Below, one piece after another: positions 53,101 through 64,000 of a DNA stretch of 64,000 nt. Both the position numbers and the translations under genes were made by a program. The notes beneath the pieces are model-generated. The model was not told where the DNA came from and made no database searches. It was given only the letters and a program-made list of their open reading frames with translations. How positions within the stretch are numbered: position 1 is the first letter of the stretch; every line of letters starts with the position of its first letter. Source of the stretch: Auanema rhodensis (taxonomy: Eukaryota; Animalia; Nematoda); contig OZ059898.1 in assembly GCA_964057225.1 (NCBI GenBank), positions 16,926,001 to 16,990,000 on the forward strand, read 5' to 3'.

Positions 53101-56100
53101 TTCACACTTATATCCTCGATTTTCACCCTGAAGAATTATTTTTTTCGTTGAATAACATTGTCCATCGTCTTTGCCTTGAAAAAAGAAATCTAAAAACATC
53201 TACTTTTTGCTAAATTATTCTGAAATTTTTCGAAAAAATTTTTGTCAAAATGTTTTTGGAAGCAATGTTGAGTGTACATGGAAACTCAACATACACTAAT
53301 GCATCATTTTTCAAACGATCATAACTAATTTTTGTATTAAGCGTTTCTCAATGTAGTATAGTGCATTCGATGCGGATTTTCAAGCTGCGTCGATCTGTGT
53401 TATCAGATTTTTGCTAGCTTAAAAATGCACCGAGATATCAACTGATATAAGTTCACACTTATATCCTCGATTTTCACCCTGAAGAATTATTTTTTTCGTT
53501 GAATAACATTGTCCATCGTCTTTGCCTTGAAAAAAGGAATCTAAAAACATCTACTTTTTGCTAAATTATTCTGAAATTTTTCGAAAAAATTTTTGTCAAA
53601 ATGTTTTTGGAAGCAATGTTGAGTGTACATGGAAACTCAACATACACTAATGCATCATTTTTCAAACGATCATAACTAATTTTTGTATTAAGCGTTTCTC
53701 AATGTAGTATAGTGCATTCGATGCGGATTTTTAAGCTGCGTCGATCTGTGTTATCAGATTTGCGCTAGCTTAAAAATGCACCGAGATATGAACTGATATA
53801 AGTTCACACTTATATCCTCGATTTTCACCCTGAAGAATTATTTTTTTCGTTGAATAACATTGTCCATCGTCTTTGCCTTGAAAAAAGAAATCTAAAAACA
53901 TCTACTTTTTGCTAAATTATTCTGAAATTTTTCGAAAAAATTTTTGTCAAAATGTTTTTGGAAGCAATGTTGAGTGTACATGGAAACTCAACATACACTA
54001 ATGCATCATTTTTCAAAGGATCATAACTAATTTTTGTATTAAGCGTTTCTCAATGTAGTATAGTGCATTCGATGCCGATTTTCAAGCTGCGTCGATCTGT
54101 GTTATCAGATTTTCGCTAGCTTAAAAATGCACCGAGATATCAACTGATATAAGTTCACACTTATATCCTCGATTTTCACCCTGAAGAATTAATTTTTTCG
54201 TTGAATAACATTGTCCATCGTCTTTGCTTTGAAAAAAGGAATCTAAAAACTTCTATTTTTTGCTAAATTATTTTGAAATTTTTCGAAAAAATTTTTGTCA
54301 AAATGTTTTTGGAAGCAATGTTGAGTGTACATGTAAACTCAACATACACTAATGCACCATTTTTCAAACAATCATAACTAATTTTTGTATTAAGCGTTTT
54401 TCAATGTAGTATAGTGCATTTGATGCGGATTTTTAAGCTGCGTCGATCTGTGTTATCAAATTTGCGCTAGCTTAAAAATGCACCGAGATATCAACTGATA
54501 TAAGTTCACACTTATATCCTCGATTTTCACCCTGAAGAAATGATTTTTTCGTTGAATAACATTGTCCATCGTCTTTGCCTCGAAAAAAGGAATCTAAAAA
54601 CATCTACTTTTTGCTAAATTATTCTGAAATTTTTCGAAAAAATTTTTGTCAAAATGTTTTTGGAAGCAATGTTGAGTGTACATGAAAACTCAACATACAC
54701 TAATGCATCATTTTTCAAACGATCATAACTAATTTTTGTATTAAGCGTTTCTCAATGTAGTATAGTGCATTCGATGCGGATTTTTAAGCTGCGTCGATCT
54801 GTGTTATCAGATTTGCGCTAGCTTAAAAATGCACCGAGATATCAACTGATATAAGTTCACACTTATATCCTCGATTTTCACCCTGAAGAATTATTTTTTT
54901 CGTTGAATAACATTGTCCATCGTCTTTGCCTTGAAAAAAGGAATCTAAAAACATCTACTTTTTGCTAAATTATTCTGAAATTTTTCGAAAAAATTTTTGT
55001 CAAAATGTTTTTGGAAGCAATTTTGAGTGTACATGGAAACTCAACATACACTAATGCATCATTTTTCAAACGATCATAACTAATTTTTGTATTAAGCGTT
55101 TCTCAATGTAGTATAGTGCATTTGATGCGGATTTTTAAGCTGCGTCGATCTGTGTTATCAAATTTGCGCTAGCTTAAAAATGCACCGAGATATCAACTGA
55201 TATAAGTTCACACTTATATCCTCGATTTTCACCCTGAAGAAATAATTTTTTCGTTGAATAACATTGTCCATCGTCTTTGCCTTGAAAAAAGGAATCTAAA
55301 AACATCTACTTTTTGCTAAATTATTCTGAAATTTTTCGAAAAAATTTTTGTCAAAATGTTTTTGGAAGCAATGTTGAGTGTACATGGAAACTCAACATAC
55401 ACTAATGCATCATTTTTCAAACGATCATAACTAATTTTTGTATTAAGCGTTTCTCAATGTAGTATAGTGCATTCGATGCGGATTTTTAAACTGCGTCGAT
55501 CTGTGTTATCAGATTTGCGCTAGCTTAAAAATGCACCGAGATATGAACTGATATAAGTTCACACTTATATCCTCGATTTTCACCCTGAAGAATTATTTTT
55601 TTCGTTGAATAACATTGTCCATCGTCTTTGCCTTGAAAAAAGAAATCTAAAAACATCTACTTTTTGCTAAATTATTCTGAAATTTTTCGAAAAAATTTTT
55701 GTCAAAATGTTTTTGGAAGCAATGTTGAGTGTACATGGAAACTCAACATACACTAATGCATCATTTTTCAAACGATCATAACTAATTTTTGTATTAAGCG
55801 TTTCTCAATGTAGTATAGTGCATTCGATGCGGATTTTCAAGCTGCGTCGATCTGTGTTATCAGATTTGCGCTAGCTTAAAAATGCACCGAGATATGAACT
55901 GATATAAGTTCACACTTATATCCTCGATTTTCACCCTGAAGAATTATTTTTTTCGTTGAATAACATTGTCCATCGTCTTTGCCTTGAAGAAAGAAATCTA
56001 AAAACATCTACTTTTTGCTAAATTATTCTGAAATTTTTCGAAAAAATTTTTGTCAAAATGTTTTTGGAAGCAATGTTGAGTGTACATGGAAACTCAACAT

Positions 56101-59100
56101 ACACTAATGCATCATTTTTCAAACGATCATAACTAATTTTTGTATTAAGCGTTTCTCAATGTAGTATAGTGCATTCGATGCGGATTTTCAAGCTGCGTCG
56201 ATCTGTGTTATCAGATTTTCGCTAGCTTAAAAATGCACCGAGATATGAACTGATATAAGTTCACACTTATATCCTCGATTTTCACCCTGAAGAATTATTT
56301 TTTTCGTTGAATAACATTGTCCATCGTCTTTGCCTTGAAAAAAGAAATCTAAAAACATCTACTTTTTGCTAAATTATTCTGAAATTTTTCGAAAAAATTT
56401 TTGTCAAAATGTTTTTGGAAGCAATGTTGAGTGTACATGGAAACTCAACATACACTAATGCATCATTTTTCAAACGATCATAACTAATTTTTGTATTAAG
56501 CGTTTCTCAATGTAGTATAGTGCATTCGATGCGGATTTTCAAGCTGCGTCGATCTGTGTTATCAGATTTTCGTTAGCTTAAAAATGCACCGAGATATCAA
56601 CTGATATAAGTTCACACTTATATCCTCGATTTTCACCCTGAAGAATTAATTTTTTCGTTGAATAACATTGTCCATCGTCTTTGCCTTGAAAAAAGGAATC
56701 TAAAAACATCTACTTTTTGCTAAATTATTCTGAAATTTTTCGAAAAAATTTTTGTCAAAATGTTTTTGGAAGCAATGTTGAGTGTACATGGAAACTCAAC
56801 ATACACTAATGCATCATTTTTCAAACGATCATAACTAATTTTTGTATTAAGCGTTTCTTAATGTAGTATAGTGCATTCGATGCGGATTTTCAAGCTGCGT
56901 CGATCTGTGTTATGAGATTTGCGCTAGCTTAAAAATGCACCGAGATATCAACTGATATAAGTTCACACATATATACTCGATTTTCACCCTGAAGAATTAA
57001 TTTTTTCGTTGAATAACATTGTCCATCGTCTTTGCTTTGAAAAAAGGAATCTAAAAACATCTACTTTTTGCTAAATTATTCTGAAATTTTTCGAAAAAAT
57101 TTTTGTCAAAATGTTTTTGGAAGCAATGTTGAGTGTACATGGAAACTCAACATACACTAATGCATCATTTTTCAAACGATCATAACTAATTTTTGTATTA
57201 AGCGTTTCTCAATGTAGTATAGTGCATTCGATGCGGATTTTTAAGCTGCGTCGATCTGTGTTATGAGATTTGCGCTAGCTTAAAAATGCACCGAGATATC
57301 AACTGATATAAGTTCACACTTATATCCTCGATTTTCACCCTGAAGAATTAATTTTTTCGTTGAATAACATTGTCCATCGTCTTTGCTTTGAAAAAAGGAA
57401 TCTAAAAACTTCTATTTTTTGCTAAATTATTTTGAAATTTTTCGAAAAAATTTTTGTCAAAATGTTTTTGGAAGCAATGTTGAGTGTACATGGAAACTCA
57501 ACATACACTAATGCATCATTTTTCAAAGGATCATAACTAATTTTTGTATTAAGCGTTTCTTAATGTAGTATAGTGCATTCGATGCGGATTTTTGAGCTGC
57601 GTCGATCTGTGTTATCAGATTTGCGCTAGCTTAAAAATGTACCGAGATATGAACTGATATAAGTTCACACTTATATCCTCGATTTTCACCCTGAAGAATT
57701 ATTTTTTTCGTTGAATAACATTGTCCATCGTCTTTGCCTTGAAAAAAGAAATCTAAAAACATCTACTTTTTGCTAAATTATTCTGAAATTTTTCGAAAAA
57801 ATTTTTGTCAAAATGTTTTTGGAAGCAATGTTGAGTGTACATGGAAACTCAACATACACTAATGCATCATTTTTCAAACGATCATAACTAATTTTTGTAT
57901 TAAGCGTTTCTCAATGTAGTATAGTGCATTCGATGCGGATTTTCAAGCTGCGTCGATCTGTGTTATCAGATTTTCGTTAGCTTAAAAATGCACCGAGATA
58001 TCAACTGATATAAGTTCACACTTATATCCTCGATTTTCACCCTGAAGAATTAATTTTTTCGTTGAATAACATTGTCCATCGTCTTTGCCTTGAAAAAAGG
58101 AATCTAAAAACATCTACTTTTTGCTAAATTATTCTGAAATTTTTCGAAAAAATTTTTGTCAAAATGTTTTTGGAAGCAATGTTGAGTGTACATGGAAACT
58201 CAACATACACTAATGCATCATTTTTCAAACGATCATAACTAATTTTTGTATTAAGCGTTTCTCAATGTAGTATAGTGCATTCGATGCGGATTTTTAAGCT
58301 GCGTCGATCTGTGTTATCAGATTTGCGCTAGCTTAAAAATGCACCGAGATATGAACTGATATAAGTTCACACTTATATCCTCGATTTTCACCCTGAAGAA
58401 TTATTTTTTTCGTTGAATAACATTGTCCATCGTCTTTGCCTTGAAAAAAGAAATCTAAAAACATCTACTTTTTGCTAAATTATTCTGAAATTTTTCGAAA
58501 AAATTTTTGTCAAAATGTTTTTGGAAGCAATGTTGAGTGTACATGGAAACTCAACATACACTAATGCATCATTTTTCAAACGATCATAACTAATTTTTGT
58601 ATTAAGCGTTTCTCAATGTAGTATAGTGCATTTGATGCGGATTTTTAAGCTGCGTCGATCTGTGTTATCAAATTTGCGCTAGCTTAAAAATGCACCGAGA
58701 TATCAACTGATATAAGTTCACACTTATATCCTCGATTTTCACCCTGAAGAAATAATTTTTTCGTTGAATAACATTGTCCATCGTCTTTGCCTTGAAAAAA
58801 GGAATCTAAAAACATCTACTTTTTGCTAAATTATTCTGAAATTTTTCGAAAAAATTTTTGTCAAAATGTTTTTGGAAGCAATGTTGAGTGTACATGGAAA
58901 CTCAACATACACTAATGCATCATTTTTCAAACGATCATAACTAATTTTTGTATTAAGCGTTTCTCAATGTAGTATAGTGCATTCGATGCGGATTTTTAAA
59001 CTGCGTCGATCTGTGTTATCAGATTTGCGCTAGCTTAAAAATGCACCGAGATATGAACTGATATAAGTTCACACTTATATCCTCGATTTTCACCCTGAAG

Positions 59101-61400
59101 AATTATTTTTTTCGTTGAATAACATTGTCCATCGTCTTTGCCTTGAAAAAAGAAATCTAAAAACATCTACTTTTTGCTAAATTATTCTGAAATTTTTCGA
59201 AAAAATTTTTGTCAAAATGTTTTTGGAAGCAATGTTGAGTGTACATGGAAACTCAACATACACTAATGCATCATTTTTCAAACGATCATAACTAATTTTT
59301 GTATTAAGCGTTTCTCAATGTAGTATAGTGCATTCGATGCGGATTTTCAAGCTGCGTCGATCTGTGTTATCAGATTTTTGCTAGCTTAAAAATGCACCGA
59401 GATATCAACTGATATAAGTTCACACTTATATCCTCGATTTTCACCCTGAAGAATTATTTTTTTCGTTGAATAACATTGTCCATCGTCTTTGCCTTGAAAA
59501 AAGGAATCTAAAAACATCTACTTTTTGCTAAATTATTCTGAAATTTTTCGAAAAAATTTTTGTCAAAATGTTTTTGGAAGCAATGTTGAGTGTACATGGA
59601 AACTCAACATACACTAATGCATCATTTTTCAAACGATCATAACTAATTTTTGTATTAAGCGTTTCTCAATGTAGTATAGTGCATTCGATGCGGATTTTTA
59701 AGCTGCGTCGATCTGTGTTATCAGATTTGCGCTAGCTTAAAAATGCACCGAGATATGAACTGATATAAGTTCACACTTATATCCTCGATTTTCACCCTGA
59801 AGAATTATTTTTTTCGTTGAATAACATTGTCCATCGTCTTTGCCTTGAAAAAAGAAATCTAAAAACATCTACTTTTTGCTAAATTATTCTGAAATTTTTC
59901 GAAAAAATTTTTGTCAAAATGTTTTTGGAAGCAATGTTGAGTGTACATGGAAACTCAACATACACTAATGCATCATTTTTCAAAGGATCATAACTAATTT
60001 TTGTATTAAGCGTTTCTCAATGTAGTATAGTGCATTCGATGCCGATTTTCAAGCTGCGTCGATCTGTGTTATCAGATTTTCGCTAGCTTAAAAATGCACC
60101 GAGATATCAACTGATATAAGTTCACACTTATATCCTCGATTTTCACCCTGAAGAATTAATTTTTTTGTTGAATAACATTGTCCATCGTCTTTGCTTTGAA
60201 AAAAGGAATCTAAAAACTTCTATTTTTTGCTAAATTATTTTGAAATTTTTCGAAAAAATTTTTGTCAAAATGTTTTTGGAAGCAATGTTGAGTGTACATG
60301 TAAACTCAACATACACTAATGCACCATTTTTCAAACAATCATAACTAATTTTTGTATTAAGCGTTTTTCAATGTAGTATAGTGCATTTGATGCGGATTTT
60401 TAAGCTGCGTCGATCTGTGTTATCAAATTTGCGCTAGCTTAAAAATGCACCGAGATATCAACTGATATAAGTTCACACTTATATCCTCGATTTTCACCCT
60501 GAAGAAATGATTTTTTCGTTGAATAACATTGTCCATCGTCTTTGCCTCGAAAAAAGGAATCTAAAAACATCTACTTTTTGCTAAATTATTCTGAAATTTT
60601 TCGAAAAAATTTTTGTCAAAATGTTTTTGGAAGCAATGTTGAGTGTACATGGAAACTCAACATACACTAATGCATCATTTTTCAAACGATCATAACTAAT
60701 TTTTGTATTAAGCGTTTCTCAATGTAGTATAGTGCATTCGATGCGGATTTTTAAGCTGCGTCGATCTGTGTTATCAGATTTGCGCTAGCTTAAAAATGCA
60801 CCGAGATATCAACTGATATAAGTTCACACTTATATCCTCGATTTTCACCCTGAAGAATTATTTTTTTCGTTGAATAACATTGTCCATCGTCTTTGCCTTG
60901 AAAAAAGGAATCTAAAAACATCTACTTTTTGCTAAATTATTCTGAAATTTTTCGAAAAAATTTTTGTCAAAATGTTTTTGGAAGCAATTTTGAGTGTACA
61001 TGGAAACTCAACATACACTAATGCATCATTTTTCAAACGATCATAACTAATTTTTGTATTAAGCGTTTCTCAATGTAGTATAGTGCATTTGATGCGGATT
61101 TTTAAGCTGCGTCGATCTGTGTTATCAAATTTGCGCTAGCTTAAAAATGCACCGAGATATCAACTGATATAAGTTCACACTTATATCCTCGATTTTCACC
61201 CTGAAGAAATAATTTTTTCGTTGAATAACATTGTCCATCGTCTTTGCCTTGAAAAAAGGAATCTAAAAACATCTACTTTTTGCTAAATTATTCTGAAATT
61301 TTTCGAAAAAATTTTTGTCAAAATGTTTTTGGAAGCAATGTTGAGTGTACATGGAAACTCAACATACACTAATGCATCATTTTTCAAACGATCATAACTA
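50200..61400. repeat. 17-monomer (5967-bp) tandem block duplication, approximate limits
   Basis: Private variants CATATATACT (51001/56968) and GATGCCGATT (54071/60038) are exactly 5967 = 17 x 351 bp apart. Confidence 0.88.
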
Positions 61401-64000
61401 ATTTTTGTATTAAGCGTTTCTCAATGTAGTATAGTGCATTTGATGCGGATTTTTAAGCTGCGTCGATCTGTGTTATCAAATTTGCGCTAGCTTAAAAATG
61501 CACCGAGATATCAACTGATATAAGTTCACACTTATATCCTCGATTTTCACCCTGAAGAAATAATTTTTTCGTTGAATAACATTGTCCATCGTCTTTGCCT
61601 TGAAAAAAGGAATCTAAAAACATCTACTTTTTGCTAAATTATTCTGAAATTTTTCGAAAAAATTTTTGTCAAAATGTTTTTGGAAGCAATGTTGAGTGTA
61701 CATGGAAACTCAACATACACTAATGCATCATTTTTCAAACGATCATAACTAATTTTTGTATTAAGCGTTTCTCAATGTAGTATAGTGCATTCGATGCGGA
61801 TTTTTAAACTGCGTCGATCTGTGTTATCAGATTTGCGCTAGCTTAAAAATGCACCGAGATATGAACTGATATAAGTTCACACTTATATCCTCGATTTTCA
61901 CCCTGAAGAATTATTTTTTTCGTTGAATAACATTGTCTATCGTCTTTGCCTTGAAAAAAGAAATCTAAAAACATCTACTTTTTGCTAAATTATTCTGAAA
62001 TTTTTCGAAAAAATTTTTGTCAAAATGTTTTTGGAAGCAATGTTGAGTGTACATGGAAACTCAACATACACTAATGCATCATTTTTCAAACGATCATAAC
62101 TAATTTTTGTATTAAGCGTTTCTCAATGTAGTATAGTGCATTCGATGCGGATTTTCAAGCTGCGTCGATCTGTGTTATCAGATTTTCGTTAGCTTAAAAA
62201 TGCACCGAGATATCAACTGATATAAGTTCACACTTATATCCTCGATTTTCACCCTGAAGAATTAATTTTTTCGTTGAATAACATTGTCCATCGTCTTTGC
62301 CTTGAAAAAAGGAATCTAAAAACATCTACTTTTTGCTAAATTATTTTGAAATTTTTCGAAAAAATTTTTGTCAAAATGTTTTTGGAAGCAATGTTGAGTG
62401 TACATGGAAACTCAACATACACTAATGCATCATTTTTCAAACGATCATAACTAATTTTTGTATTAAGCGTTTCTCAATGTAGTATAGTGCATTTGATGCG
62501 GATTTTTAAGCTGCGTCGATCTGTGTTATCAAATTTGCGCTAGCTTAAAAATGCACCGAGATATCAACTGATATAAGTTCACACTTATATCCTCTGATTT
62601 TCACCCTGAAGAAATAATTTTTTCGTTGAATAACATTGTCCATCGTCTTTGCCTTGAAAAAAGGAATCTAAAAACATCTACTTTTTGCTAAATTATTCTG
62701 AAATTTTTCGAAAAAATTTTTGTCAAAATGTTTTTGGAAGCAATGTTGAGTGTACATGGAAACTCAACATACACTAATGCATCATTTTTCAAACGATCAT
62801 AACTAATTTTTGTATTAAGCGTTTCTCAATGTAGTATAGTGCATTCGATGCGGATTTTTAAACTGCGTCGATCTGTGTTATCAGATTTGCGCTAGCTTAA
62901 AAATGCACCGAGATATGAACTGATATAAGTTCACACTTATATCCTCGATTTTCACCCTGAAGAATTATTTTTTTCGTTGAATAACATTGTCCATCGTCTT
63001 TGCCTTGAAAAAAGAAATCTAAAAACATCTACTTTTTGCTAAATTATTCTGAAATTTTTCGAAAAAATTTTTGTCAAAATGTTTTTGGAAGCAATGTTGA
63101 GTGTACATGGAAACTCAACATACACTAATGCATCATTTTTCAAACGATCATAACTAATTTTTGTATTAAGCGTTTCTCAATGTAGTATAGTGCATTCGAT
63201 GCGGATTTTCAAGCTGCGTCGATCTGTGTTATCAGATTTGCGCTAGCTTAAAAATGCACCGAGATATCAACTGATATAAGTTCACACTTATATCCTCGAT
63301 TTTCACCCTGAAGAATTATTTTTTTCGTTGAATAACATTGTCCATCGTCTTTGCCTTGAAAAAAGGAATCTAAAAACATCTACTTTTTGCTAAATTATTC
63401 TGAAATTTTTCGAAAAAATTTTTGTCAAAATGTTTTTGGAAGCAATTTTGAGTGTACATGGAAACTCAACATACACTAATGCATCATTTTTCAAACGATC
63501 ATAACTAATTTTTGTATTAAGCGTTTCTCAATGTAGTATAGTGCATTTGATGCGGATTTTTAAGCTGCGTCGATCTGTGTTATCAAATTTGCGCTAGCTT
63601 AAAAATGCACCGAGATATCAACTGATATAAGTTCACACTTATATCCTCGATTTTCACCCTGAAGAAATAATTTTTTCGTTGAATAACATTGTCCATCGTC
63701 TTTGCCTTGAAAAAAGGAATCTAAAAACATCTACTTTTTGCTAAATTATTCTGAAATTTTTCGAAAAAATTTTTGTCAAAATGTTTTTGGAAGCAATGTT
63801 GAGTGTACATGGAAACTCAACATACACTAATGCATCATTTTTCAAACGATCATAACTAATTTTTGTATTAAGCGTTTCTCAATGTAGTATAGTGCATTCG
63901 ATGCGGATTTTTAAACTGCGTCGATCTGTGTTATCAGATTTGCGCTAGCTTAAAAATGCACCGAGATATGAACTGATATAAGTTCACACTTATATCCTCG

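Larger units (their letters stand above)
31168..64000. repeat. 351-bp tandem satellite array, right part (~93.5 monomers, runs off the window)
   Basis: The same monomer resumes in phase (AACTCAACATACACTAATGC) directly after the insertion and continues to the window end. Confidence 0.99.

Noticed and set aside
1430-62596. Single-base indels (about 1431, 3127, 39503, 40555, 62595)
   Set aside because: Mostly in or next to homopolymers, so ordinary slippage or sequencing error; the 39503/40555 pair merely marks a 3-mer duplication.
1-64000. CRISPR array or repeat-spacer system
   Set aside because: There are no unique spacers; the whole 351-bp unit repeats, and no cas genes are present.

Overview
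This window is almost entirely one very homogeneous, AT-rich tandem array of a 351-bp monomer (about 181 head-to-tail copies, one orientation), typical of eukaryotic satellite DNA. No protein-coding gene is supported; the listed ORFs are chance products of monomer variants. The only non-satellite DNA is a 568-bp insertion (30600-31167) flanked by an exact 8-bp target-site duplication (AACTCAAC) and bounded by 28-bp imperfect terminal inverted repeats starting GG. This fits a non-autonomous, MITE-like DNA transposon, best matched to the Merlin/IS1016 group. The element has a second, symmetric subterminal motif, two internal hairpins and a 72-nt degenerate tRNA-like module. It sits in one arm of a palindrome in the monomer and in only one of three copies of a 6-monomer higher-order repeat. 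The monomer contains several dyad symmetries, including a 67-bp imperfect hairpin. Shared variants reveal local higher-order duplications of 3, 4, 5, 6, 10, 12 and 17 monomers. The host taxon and any centromeric role cannot be determined from sequence alone.
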